DNA of 54,194 nt. Source: a virus. Within the stretch, counting starts at the first letter, position 1; the number at the start of each line of letters is the position of its first letter. The translations under genes and the position numbers were made by a program. Where the stretch lies: the IMG/VR virus record IMGVR_UViG_3300045988_120344, positions 1 to 54,194 of that record. One strand, written 5' to 3'. Under the pieces are notes generated by a model. That model was not told where the DNA came from, did not search any database, and was given only the letters and a program-made list of their open reading frames with translations. Below are positions 1-8,512 of this stretch, piece by piece.

Positions 1-55
1 TTTGTCACGTTCTGCTTTACTTGCTCTGTCACATCGTCTACATGCAATGCTTCTA
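1..55. repeat. Terminal direct repeat; identical to 54140-54194 (circular closure or terminal redundancy of the contig)
   Basis: Base-by-base comparison: tttgtcacgttctgctttacttgctctgtcacatcgtctacatgcaatgcttcta occurs at both ends. Confidence 0.95.
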
Positions 56-93
56 TGATGTTGTCTTTAACTTCTGTAAACTTGCTCATAATT
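1..93 (-). CDS. 5' part of a wrap-around gene (MSKFTEVKDNIIEALHVDDVTEQ...), continued at 54139->53944; hypothetical protein downstream of the endolysin
   Basis: ATG at 93-91 preceded by GGAGGATTAAATT; the reading frame runs off base 1 and continues in ORF 53944-54186 through the terminal repeat. Confidence 0.6.
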
Positions 94-106
94 TAATCCT
101 CCGCTC

Positions 107-649
107 TTAAAGATTCTCATAATCGGTGACACCACGAGCAATAGCGCGGGCGAAATCATCAGGTTTAGTACGTAGCAGGTCTTCATCTTCAAAGTTACTG
201 ATGAACGCGGTTTCAACGAGAACGGCTACCGCGTCGGTGTTGTGTAGTACATATAAGCCGTTGACACCCGGTACCGAGGCTTTCGGGCCCCGGTCAGTCA
301 GTGGCAAGCTGTTGACAAGCTGGTTATTAATGCATGTTGCTAGCATCTTGCCGTACTTGCTAGTGTAGAAGTAAAAAGTTTCGGTGCCGTTGGCTTCCTC
401 CGCTGCTGCACTATTACAGTGGATAGAGACGAAAACATCAGCGTCCCAGCTATTACTATCACTGACGATCTCATATAAATCGTCGCTCTGTAAAAGCTGA
501 CACTCGCATCCAGCAGCTTCTAAATACTTTTTAACGAGATTACCTATCGTTGCAGCTACATCGCTTTCCCGTAAGCCTGTCGTGTTGTTGACTGCTCCTG
601 GATCCGGATTACCGTTTGGTGCATGGCCTGGATTAATAAAAACCTTCAT
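107..649 (-). CDS. N-acetylmuramoyl-L-alanine amidase (Amidase_3/CwlD-type endolysin)
   Basis: 180 aa; motifs INPGHAPNGNPDPGA, VFVSIHCNS, NGTETFY, VLVETAFISN typical of MurNAc-LAA amidases; AAGGAGG RBS; end of the late operon. Confidence 0.85.
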   Translation of the reverse strand: MKVFINPGHAPNGNPDPGAVNNTTGLRESDVAATIGNLVKKYLEAAGCECQLLQSDDLYEIVSDSNSWDADVFVSIHCNSAAAEEANGTETFYFYTSKYGKMLATCINNQLVNSLPLTDRGPKASVPGVNGLYVLHNTDAVAVLVETAFISNFEDEDLLRTKPDDFARAIARGVTDYENL

Positions 650-661
650 AATAAAAACCTC

Positions 662-695
662 CTTAAAATAAAAGGGCTGTCATGGTGGCAGCCCT
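662..695 (-). terminator. Stem-loop with T-tract between the holin-like ORF and the endolysin (terminator or attenuator-like)
   Basis: Minus strand AGGGCTG-CCACCATGA-CAGCCCT followed by TTTATTTT; lies immediately upstream of the endolysin RBS. Confidence 0.45.
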
Positions 696-701
696 AAAAA
701 A

Positions 702-857
702 TCACTGTTTTATCTGGTTAACCGCGGTTTTACCTAGGTAGCCGATTAAACCTGTTGCGATATTACTTTGCAGCTGTTCGCTTGAACCAAAAATAATCGA
801 CATAAAAAGAGCCAGCACTAAGCCAGCCCCTACAATCATGTCTACGTTAAGTTTCAT
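702..857 (-). CDS. Small membrane protein, holin-like (51 aa; below the ORF-track cutoff)
   Basis: Hand translation: MKLNVDMIVGAGLVLALFMSIIFGSSEQLQSNIATGLIGYLGKTAVNQIKQ; hydrophobic segment; sits between the XhlA-like gene and the amidase; its start overlaps the stop of the upstream gene. Confidence 0.5.
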   Translation of the reverse strand: MKLNVDMIVGAGLVLALFMSIIFGSSEQLQSNIATGLIGYLGKTAVNQIKQ

Positions 858-1117
858 TTAGTACACCCCCAGCCTCCGTGATGAAGCAAATCGTCAATGC
901 CGTCAATTCGATGATGGGCGGATTTAGTGCTTTCCTCAACCCGCGCCAGCCTTAAATCGATTAACCGCTGTTGCTCCTGCGTATTCGTTATAAGCAGTTG
1001 CAGATTTTTGATGGCTTGGTTTAACGGCTGTAAAAAGATGTAGCTTATAACACCGCCAATAACTGACATAATAGCCGTCATTTGTACGGCTATAGTTAAC
1101 CATTCACTCAAGCTCAT
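854..1117 (-). CDS. Membrane-anchored coiled-coil protein, tentatively an XhlA-like lysis accessory protein
   Basis: 87 aa; N-terminal TM (WLTIAVQMTAIMSVIGGVISYIF) then a coiled coil; position directly upstream of holin/amidase as in PBSX xhlA-xhlB-xlyA. Confidence 0.4.
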   Translation of the reverse strand: MSLSEWLTIAVQMTAIMSVIGGVISYIFLQPLNQAIKNLQLLITNTQEQQRLIDLRLARVEESTKSAHHRIDGIDDLLHHGGWGCTK

Positions 1118-1125
1118 AGTGTCAC

Positions 1126-1380
1126 CTACTTAGTACCAGTTGGTTTTTCTTCTTTTTCTACCTCATCATATTTGACGCATTTACCGTTTTCGTCAATCTC
1201 GTAGCCGTCAGCTGCCAAGATGGTGTCAATATCATCTTTGTACTTCGGGAACTTTTTTACAACTCTGTTATAATCGAGTTTCCTCATTTCAATTCTCATT
1301 GCTAAATACGGTGCCATAATAAAATCACAATCCCTTCTGTAATGAAAATTAATTGGTGGTATCTGAATCACTTGTATCAC
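1126..1380 (-). CDS. Hypothetical protein (tail-fibre-adjacent small protein; the start may be the internal Met at 1317)
   Basis: 84-aa ORF in operon orientation; overlaps the upstream ORF by 32 nt if the long start is used. Confidence 0.5.
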   Translation of the reverse strand: MIQVIQIPPINFHYRRDCDFIMAPYLAMRIEMRKLDYNRVVKKFPKYKDDIDTILAADGYEIDENGKCVKYDEVEKEEKPTGTK

Positions 1381-1714
1381 TGTCCATAATGAGACAATCC
1401 AGTGCTCCTGACATTATATTGAACTGTTCCTGCAATTCTGCAAGCTGTTCAGCAAGTGTTGGTTTTTCTTTTTCTGCTTCTTCCTGCTTTTTAGCGTCCG
1501 CCTGTGCTTTTACATCAAGCTGGTGTGCTTTGATGTAGTCTGCATTATCAGCGTCAAGCCAATACTTACCTTGCGCTTCTGCTGGTTCTCTGTCGGTAAA
1601 AGCGTAGTTGTGCAAGTTGTGAGCAGCAGCAAAGTTCAAAAGCGTTTCAGGAACATCACTCTGACAGTGAAAGTTAATCGTGCCATCACTGTTATTTGTA
1701 TACAGATATAGCAT
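1349..1714 (-). CDS. Hypothetical protein (tail-fibre-associated)
   Basis: 121-aa ORF; its start is coupled to the stop of the LamG-domain fibre gene (shared base 1714). Confidence 0.55.
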   Translation of the reverse strand: MLYLYTNNSDGTINFHCQSDVPETLLNFAAAHNLHNYAFTDREPAEAQGKYWLDADNADYIKAHQLDVKAQADAKKQEEAEKEKPTLAEQLAELQEQFNIMSGALDCLIMDSDTSDSDTTN

Positions 1715-3060
1715 TAAGTATTCGCCTCCCCTGCATTATAGTTTATTTTATAGCTGCCATCAGTTAGCAGCTTTACTTCCAGTACATCAGAATTAGGATA
1801 GCTATATGTTGCGTCAGTACCGTATACGGCTTTATTCCAAGGTGCTTTTTTATCTGCTACTATCGTTAATGCTGTTACGGCACAATTGTCAGCTACATTA
1901 GTTTCAGAAAGTGCGTAAGCTATGGCAAATCCTTTCATGCCGAGTTCTGCTATTTTAGCTTCGGGAATGTTTGCGACTTCGCTTGCGTCCATTGCGCCAG
2001 CTGAAAAAGTATTTACGTCTGTAGCGTCCACATTTTGCCATGTAGCCGTTTCTTTGTTATAGGCTATATAAGTAGTCAAGTCTTTAGTAAAAGCCACTTT
2101 GGCGCTTGAATTAGACGTTGTGGTGGCTGACGTTACCGCTATACTATGTACTACTTCATACCCGCCTAGATTTATCAGCTTTTTAGGAAGTACAAGCTGG
2201 TCTTTTGGTACTGCTGAAACTGTACATTCGACTAAATTATTATATTCCGAATAGGTTAATATTTTAAATTTGCCGATAGTTTTTAGCTCATCAACGGTTG
2301 GTGTTTCGCCGTTCGTGGCAGTAAAGAGTGCTACTTTTTCTTCATTAGACAAGGCGTTCCAATCGGTGGCTAACTGTTGAAAAGTTCCGTTACTCATGCC
2401 GTACACCGCCCCCGTAGTGGACAAGTATACTTGATTGATGATTGTGAAGTAATGGTTAGGCGGTGTAAAATTGCTATTCCATAAAGCTTTATTTAATATG
2501 ACAAAATTATCTATTACACCACTTGTATGGAAATCACTTAAAGCTATAGAAGAATAGTCAGAACCAATACACATATTGTTAAGTGATGTTAATAGCACTG
2601 TTTCGGATAATTCAAGACATAATTTACCATCTACAAATACTAACTGTGTATCATTTTTGCATGTTATAGCTATATGATGCCATTCGTTATTTACAACATT
2701 AACTCCTAAACTATAAACCTTACTTACCCCGTCTGTAATATAAGCAGTAGTCGAACCGTCGCGATAACTATAAAACAAAAGTTGTTTGCTTTCGCTATAG
2801 AATGCAAACACTGTAGCATTTTTGTGCAATTCTTTTGAGCATTTAAACCATAAGCTGACAGTATATTCTTGCGGTGTAACGAAATTATCTCTATCTTTAA
2901 TGATTTTTATAGCATTAGTACCATCGAATTTTATTGCGCTGCCACCAAAAACACCTTGTTCTTTTGCTACCTGATTACCGTAATTTTCTAATGTACTACC
3001 ATTTAAATCAATTACTTTATTATTTTGGTATTTCAGATTAAACAAAAACTTAGCACTCAT
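1714..3060 (-). CDS. Tail fibre/receptor-binding protein with an N-terminal LamG (concanavalin-A-like lectin) domain
   Basis: 448 aa; N-terminal pattern LNGSTLENYG...FDGTNAIKI...EYTVSLWFK...WHHIAIT...FVDG typical of Laminin_G_3 domains; distal tail module position. Confidence 0.6.
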   Translation of the reverse strand: MSAKFLFNLKYQNNKVIDLNGSTLENYGNQVAKEQGVFGGSAIKFDGTNAIKIIKDRDNFVTPQEYTVSLWFKCSKELHKNATVFAFYSESKQLLFYSYRDGSTTAYITDGVSKVYSLGVNVVNNEWHHIAITCKNDTQLVFVDGKLCLELSETVLLTSLNNMCIGSDYSSIALSDFHTSGVIDNFVILNKALWNSNFTPPNHYFTIINQVYLSTTGAVYGMSNGTFQQLATDWNALSNEEKVALFTATNGETPTVDELKTIGKFKILTYSEYNNLVECTVSAVPKDQLVLPKKLINLGGYEVVHSIAVTSATTTSNSSAKVAFTKDLTTYIAYNKETATWQNVDATDVNTFSAGAMDASEVANIPEAKIAELGMKGFAIAYALSETNVADNCAVTALTIVADKKAPWNKAVYGTDATYSYPNSDVLEVKLLTDGSYKINYNAGEANT

Positions 3061-3176
3061 TCTTTACACCCCCATACTGCGTTATTTTCTTTCCATTCAT
3101 ATTTTTCGATTTCATCCTTAGTAACGGATTTATCAAAATGTAGACAACATAATGTGTGTTTGTCTATTTTTCCCAC
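3057..3176 (-). CDS. Possible 39-aa Cys-rich small ORF (GTG start) filling the gap between fibre genes
   Basis: Hand translation MGKIDKHTLCCLHFDKSVTKDEIEKYEWKENNAVWGCKE; its stop overlaps the ATG of the LamG gene (ATGA); no clear RBS. Confidence 0.3.
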   Translation of the reverse strand: MGKIDKHTLCCLHFDKSVTKDEIEKYEWKENNAVWGCKE

Positions 3177-3177
3177 T

Positions 3178-3930
3178 TTATACATCCACCCCTTCCACGC
3201 TTTTATATGTGCTAAAATCTATTTCATCTGACTGACTTATATAACCAGCACTGCCTAAAGCTACTGGTATAGTCATTGCTACGTTATAATTGTTTTTCAG
3301 CTTCAAACCGTTGTCACCAAATTCTATGCCGTTCTCATGTGTAAACTGCGCTTCGTCACTAGCTGAAAAGTCGTTAATCTTAACCGATACATTCGTTTCC
3401 TGCGTTCCAGCTTTTAGTATTTCAACTGGTGGCAAGCATAATGACGGCGTATTGTTTATCGCTATTGATACGGTTTTAGGTGCAGTGATATTCTTTTTCG
3501 TTATCTGAGAATAACCACTGTTTGAGCCGATAACTGTTTGGTCACTGTCAACTTTTTTCCAATAGTTCTTGGCTAAATCTGCTTCAAAACTGCTTGACGG
3601 CGTATGAGTGACTAGGCATAAATAAAGTGACTGGTCATAAGTAACTAATGACTTATTAGCTACGTACTGTGTTGTCGTACTATTCCAGGGAGCTGTATTA
3701 GTAGTTACATCCGATAGTGTTGCAGACTTTTTCAGCTCTTTATCGTTACTCAGTAACTGCCTCATCATCAGATTAAACACGTCTGCGCTGGCGGGGTCTT
3801 TGTTTATAAGCTGCGGAAAGTCTGTACTATAAGGCATATCCGGATTAAGGTTTTCAGCTGGACGCTGCTGACCTTTTACCGTGTCCGGCAGTATAGAGTT
3901 AATAAGCTTATCTCGTTCTTCATTAGTCAT
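3178..3930 (-). CDS. Tail fibre protein (short paralogue; its N-terminus is related to that of the 3931-5091 gene)
   Basis: 250 aa; N-terminal 65 aa align with the upstream fibre (EER.K.IN...PDTV.G..RP....P....PYS..FPQ.I.KD....L......RQLLSNDK..K). Confidence 0.6.
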   Translation of the reverse strand: MTNEERDKLINSILPDTVKGQQRPAENLNPDMPYSTDFPQLINKDPASADVFNLMMRQLLSNDKELKKSATLSDVTTNTAPWNSTTTQYVANKSLVTYDQSLYLCLVTHTPSSSFEADLAKNYWKKVDSDQTVIGSNSGYSQITKKNITAPKTVSIAINNTPSLCLPPVEILKAGTQETNVSVKINDFSASDEAQFTHENGIEFGDNGLKLKNNYNVAMTIPVALGSAGYISQSDEIDFSTYKSVEGVDV

Positions 3931-5091
3931 TTACTGTGTCACCTCCATACTAACCTTTATAGGTATAAACCATACTTGACAGCCGTCGTCTTCTATACTT
4001 GCAACCTGAAAAGCTGTTCCTTTAGCTATCGGGATTATCGGAGAAGCGTAGCCATTATATTGCGTAGCGACTGAAACTGCTATAATTTTAGCTCCTGCAT
4101 GTACCGTTGCATCCCCATAATCACTGACAAAATTACCAGTTATCGCGGATTGTCCTAGTCCTATAGCTGTAACCTTTGGGTATACATCCTCAACCAATTG
4201 TCTAGAAGCGATGTCCTGATTCCTATTACCGTCCCATATGTATATCCAGCCATTCTCTGGTGCTGTAAATTGCCTATTACCTTTGTTCCACGATTCTAAT
4301 ACATAAGCCTTATCATAATCCGGAAATGGCATCATTTGAGCGATTTTAGCGATTATGTCTTGGTAGTGATACCCGTCTAATTTATCGCTATTAGCCGCAA
4401 TATCAGCTGAACCTGCTGTAGTAGCTTTACCTTTGATGTTAATATCCCACGTACCGCTGGCACCTGTGCCCGCTCTTGTAGGAGCACCGATGTTACCCGG
4501 TGTTACTGTTTGCCAAGTGTTATCGTTTCGCAAAAATCGGGAGTTGTTGGCGGATTCCAATTTCGGTACATGGTTGCCGTGCACTAAAGGTGCTGCATCG
4601 ATTATACCGTAGCCTTGCAAAGTATTTGGATTAGATCCGCCCGTGACGTGACCTTGTGCATTAACCGACACTTGCTTATAGCTGCCAGCCTTAACCCCGC
4701 TGTTTGGATGCACATAGTTGTTAGCTCTGTCAGCTATACCGTCAAGCTTCTTTTTATCCTCAGTGCTCATCAAGCCGTTATGCGCTGGTGTGACTATAGC
4801 TAAGTCGTTGCTAGCTAACCTGTTATCTATAGCGTCAATCAGTGCTTTTAGCTCTTTGTCCCCTTTTTCTAGTAAAGCCTTTATGTACTTATCGTTACTA
4901 AGCAGCTGACGAGTAATAAGGTTTGTCAGCGTATAAATGACCTCATCTTTAGCGATGAATTGCGGAAAGTGTTCACTATATGGAAAGTCCGTAGGTACAT
5001 CACCGGGGCGTTTATAGCCGAGCACCGTATCGGGAAAATTCTGATTAAGTATTTTCTTGCGTTCTTCTTCTGTTATGGCCATAGCTTCCAC
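3931..5091 (-). CDS. Tail fibre protein
   Basis: 386 aa; follows the baseplate genes; shares an N-terminal attachment module with 3178-3930. Confidence 0.6.
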   Translation of the reverse strand: MEAMAITEEERKKILNQNFPDTVLGYKRPGDVPTDFPYSEHFPQFIAKDEVIYTLTNLITRQLLSNDKYIKALLEKGDKELKALIDAIDNRLASNDLAIVTPAHNGLMSTEDKKKLDGIADRANNYVHPNSGVKAGSYKQVSVNAQGHVTGGSNPNTLQGYGIIDAAPLVHGNHVPKLESANNSRFLRNDNTWQTVTPGNIGAPTRAGTGASGTWDINIKGKATTAGSADIAANSDKLDGYHYQDIIAKIAQMMPFPDYDKAYVLESWNKGNRQFTAPENGWIYIWDGNRNQDIASRQLVEDVYPKVTAIGLGQSAITGNFVSDYGDATVHAGAKIIAVSVATQYNGYASPIIPIAKGTAFQVASIEDDGCQVWFIPIKVSMEVTQ

Positions 5092-5094
5092 CTC

Positions 5095-5550
5095 TTAAAA
5101 TTCTAGTGTCCACTTAAACACCAGTGATGTTTCAGCGTCTACACCTTTCGACGTTAAAAGCCTAATCTTAGCAGCTGTTTCACCTGCTTCGTCAAGTAGC
5201 GCTATTTCATTGATACCGGACGTTACTTCACCAGCATTAACCGTAGCTTGGAAGGTGACGGCATTATCCGACGGGAAAGTTATGCTATCAAGCGTTTTAG
5301 TTAAAACGACGTGATTTAAGCTGCCTGTTTCAGTAGGTGGAGCAGGGTTATTCTGCTCATCTGTTTCACCCTGGTCCCCAAAAGCCATCTTAGTTATTTT
5401 GCTGATTGTTCCGGTTTCACCTACCGCATGTGCCAGCAGCCTACGATATAGCGCCGTTGTTACTTTGTTGTTCTTTAAAAAGTCGGCACTGTTATCACCG
5501 TTGTCAGCAAATAGCTGTAGATTCATGTTTAAATTCATATCTTGATTCAT
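5095..5550 (-). CDS. Tail-collar fibre-like protein (DUF3751-like pattern)
   Basis: 151 aa; pattern TTALYRRLLAHAVGETGTISKITKMAFGDQG...TGSLNHVV...INEIALLDEAGE resembles the phage tail-collar fibre N-terminal domain. Confidence 0.5.
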   Translation of the reverse strand: MNQDMNLNMNLQLFADNGDNSADFLKNNKVTTALYRRLLAHAVGETGTISKITKMAFGDQGETDEQNNPAPPTETGSLNHVVLTKTLDSITFPSDNAVTFQATVNAGEVTSGINEIALLDEAGETAAKIRLLTSKGVDAETSLVFKWTLEF

Positions 5551-6590
5551 AAGCTCTCCTCCGTTCTTGCGTCACCTTTTATAACTGTCACCGTGGCAGT
5601 ATGTTTAAGCATATATTTTCTACGAGTAGTCGATGTAAGTTCCCTTGAGCCGTCCAGCTCCCAGCTGCCATCAAGTACATTATCAAATTCTGCGTTACTG
5701 CAAGTTTGCTTATAATTTAGAACTGTATCAACTAAAACATTTGACTGACAGGTGACACGTGACACCGGTGACAATATATCTGTTAAGAACATTTTGTGCT
5801 TACTAGTAACTTTTTTAACGGCGTTTCCTATAATTTCCCCATGTACAGTATTTACAGGTTTTAAGCTGCTTACTGCTTCTGAATAATACGAAGCCGTTAA
5901 AAAATGTTTTTGGTCATCCCTGTAATTCGTGTCACCTTCCAATGCATCATAGCGGTACTGCCCATCAAAATAGTGGGTATGCGGTATCCCGTTTTTATCG
6001 TGTGTACCTTCCCAGTAAAGAGTTGACGTTTTACCTGTGGCACTACTGAAATAGCGTTGTGTACCTGCCCAGGTTATGCCTATACTCAAATAGTGATGGG
6101 TTTTTATGTACATCACTAAAATAGCGTTGATTATTGCACCGAGATTAGCCGGTATTATTGATCGGGCATATTTATAAACCTGTCCTTCGTTAATACCTGC
6201 ATCATCGTACATTTCTAAGTTCAGCTTGTAGTTGTCATAATCGCATTTCAGTGTAACAACACCTTCACCGTACCGCTGGTCAAGCATCTGCTGGAACTTG
6301 CGTTCGGTATATGGTAACGAGTGGTTAATCTTTGCTAAGATTTTGTTTTTACGCTGTGTCAGTGTGTCATTGTCACCCGGTCTGATGTCAAGCATACTTT
6401 CCCAGCGTTTAGCGCCGTCAACGTCGAGCAGCTCTACATAAGTATTTACGAACCACTTTTTAGCTTGTGGCCATATACGGGCAAACTCGATGTTTTCAGT
6501 CTTGGCCAGCTCCTGAAATTCTAATGACGGTGCAACAACCTTTGGGAAATAATGCGCTATGTCAACGTCACGTGTCAGTTCGTCAGCCAT
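5547..6590 (-). CDS. Baseplate/tail protein, XkdU/YmfQ-like (DUF2313-type)
   Basis: 347 aa; N-terminus YFPKVV...LEFQELAKTENIEF...W...KKWFVNTY...DGAKRWESML typical of DUF2313; follows the baseplate J gene. Confidence 0.6.
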   Translation of the reverse strand: MADELTRDVDIAHYFPKVVAPSLEFQELAKTENIEFARIWPQAKKWFVNTYVELLDVDGAKRWESMLDIRPGDNDTLTQRKNKILAKINHSLPYTERKFQQMLDQRYGEGVVTLKCDYDNYKLNLEMYDDAGINEGQVYKYARSIIPANLGAIINAILVMYIKTHHYLSIGITWAGTQRYFSSATGKTSTLYWEGTHDKNGIPHTHYFDGQYRYDALEGDTNYRDDQKHFLTASYYSEAVSSLKPVNTVHGEIIGNAVKKVTSKHKMFLTDILSPVSRVTCQSNVLVDTVLNYKQTCSNAEFDNVLDGSWELDGSRELTSTTRRKYMLKHTATVTVIKGDARTEESL

Positions 6591-7675
6591 GTTATTTCAC
6601 CCCTAATGGCTAGCTCGTTAATACCCAGCACTAAGTTTTCTTCTACACCGTTGAGCTTGGTATGTGTTATGTCGTCGATACCGTCAAGCTCTAAAATCCG
6701 GCTCTCAATTTGAGTAGTTCGTATCGTTATGCCGGTGTTGCGGGTAGTTTGTGCAGTGTCTTTTTTAGTGTCTGGCCATTTTTTGTTAAGCTCGGTAAAG
6801 TAGTTATCAATGATTTTTTCTATGTCATTTTTAAAGCTTATAGCAAGTTTTTCTGTAGTAGTTAAGTGCAGTTCTATTGCTACTTTAGAGTTGGTGACAC
6901 CTTCCACCGTGACGTGATGGCCAATTGGTGCTATGCCTATGCCCTGCCCTGCGTTAGTTACAGGGTCTATCATGGTTTGTACTTCTTGCACAAATTCCTT
7001 GGTAGGTACTTTATACTCACTGGTCATGAATACCAGCTTTACCGTGCCGCCACCTGCCCACACTGGATAAACCTTACACCCGCCTACTCCGGCTATGCTG
7101 TTCATCTTGTCAATGTAATCAGTGATGTTACCGCCATAAGCTAGCACGTTAAAGCTGTTTAAATAGCGTGTCCTGAAATGCTCTGTTTCTTCTTCATCCT
7201 GTCCCGGGCGTATTACTTCAGTCAGAGTTGCCGTTTGCAGTCCTAAAGTAAAAGAGTTAGGTATAAGTGCTCCGGGCGGTACGTTACCGACGGTTCCCGC
7301 TGTGTCACATGTTAAGTAGTAGACGCCTGGTGACACTTTTTCGGTGACAGTGTAGTTGATGGTTTCATAAGAAAACGAGCTTCCTATCTCGATATCAACG
7401 GTTGCTGGTGTAAAAGTTGCTTTTACTTTAGCACTGGAAGCCGGTGTCGGTGTCAACCCTCTCTCTTTAGCCCGCCTTATCAGCCACTCTCTTTCTGCTG
7501 TGTCAGCAAAGGTATTAGTAAAAAAGTAGTTGATAGCTACATATAGCAAGAAAAACTCGATTGACGCGGGAGCTGTTGCGTCGTAGATCAAACTGCCCTC
7601 ACGTTTGTCTACATCACTAGAGACGTTATCAAGCATCCGCTTTAAAAGTGTGTCTTGCGTTAAATCCTCATACAT
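6575..7675 (-). CDS. Baseplate J-like protein (XkdT-like)
   Basis: 366 aa; N-terminus MYEDLTQDTLLKRMLDNVSSDVDKREGSLIYDATAPASIE typical of the Baseplate_J family; synteny. Confidence 0.75.
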   Translation of the reverse strand: MYEDLTQDTLLKRMLDNVSSDVDKREGSLIYDATAPASIEFFLLYVAINYFFTNTFADTAEREWLIRRAKERGLTPTPASSAKVKATFTPATVDIEIGSSFSYETINYTVTEKVSPGVYYLTCDTAGTVGNVPPGALIPNSFTLGLQTATLTEVIRPGQDEEETEHFRTRYLNSFNVLAYGGNITDYIDKMNSIAGVGGCKVYPVWAGGGTVKLVFMTSEYKVPTKEFVQEVQTMIDPVTNAGQGIGIAPIGHHVTVEGVTNSKVAIELHLTTTEKLAISFKNDIEKIIDNYFTELNKKWPDTKKDTAQTTRNTGITIRTTQIESRILELDGIDDITHTKLNGVEENLVLGINELAIRGEITWLTN

Positions 7676-8100
7676 TATTGAAGTGTCACCACCTTTTGTA
7701 GTTCAAGTGTGCCGTAGATTGTTTTAACGGTGAATTTGCATAAAACGTCACCTCCTGTATGCGACAGGTCAAAATCAGTGACATCAGTTATGCGGTCATC
7801 TTGCATAAGTGCGTCCGTTATGCGCTGTGGCAAGACGGCGAAAACATACGGTATAGGCTGCCCGAAAAGGTCTTGTAGTTCTATACCATAATTCCAGCTG
7901 TATATCGGATATGCATAACGTTCGGTGTTTATGGCTTTATAGCAAGCCTGCGCTATAGCGTCAAGCCCTGTGACAGCACCTTTTATACGCTCTTTTTTAA
8001 TATGCATCTGATACGTGTTACTGGTCTGAATATTGTCACCTATGCTGACATCAGCAGCGCTTATTGTGACACTTGACGCGGATTCCGGAAGTGTTGCCAT
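7675..8100 (-). CDS. Baseplate protein, XkdS-like (DUF2634-type)
   Basis: 141 aa; conserved position between the XkdR-like and XkdT-like genes; start/stop coupling. Confidence 0.55.
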   Translation of the reverse strand: MATLPESASSVTISAADVSIGDNIQTSNTYQMHIKKERIKGAVTGLDAIAQACYKAINTERYAYPIYSWNYGIELQDLFGQPIPYVFAVLPQRITDALMQDDRITDVTDFDLSHTGGDVLCKFTVKTIYGTLELQKVVTLQ

Positions 8101-8104
8101 TTAA

Positions 8105-8512
8105 TCACCCCCACTGCCCCGATAGTGTTATATGATTAAAAATACGGGATATTACTAAGTATTCTTGTCCACCTAACTGTCTTAGCATTACTACACTTTC
8201 ACCCGGCGTTAAGCCATTATGAACGGTTATCCGCTTCCTGCCTTTATACCCGTGCTTATGACTAGCATACTCAGCGTACCCACTGCCGCCAGCAGCATTT
8301 TCAGTAGTGTGGTTGACAGTAATATCAACATCATAGTCCCTGACTGCATCGGTCAAAACTAAAAATTCTTCAGTGATGGTTTCTTTTGCGTCAAGCCTTA
8401 TGACAAGCGGATCGACAGTTTCAACCACACCCAGGATATAGTCAGCAGGCTTCCCCGCTTGATAAGTGTTATAAGCTAATTTCTGTAAAGCGTTCATAAG
8501 CTGGTTGCTCAT
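8105..8512 (-). CDS. Baseplate spike-associated protein, XkdR-like (DUF2577-type)
   Basis: 135 aa; synteny after the XkdQ-like gene. Confidence 0.5.
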   Translation of the reverse strand: MSNQLMNALQKLAYNTYQAGKPADYILGVVETVDPLVIRLDAKETITEEFLVLTDAVRDYDVDITVNHTTENAAGGSGYAEYASHKHGYKGRKRITVHNGLTPGESVVMLRQLGGQEYLVISRIFNHITLSGQWG

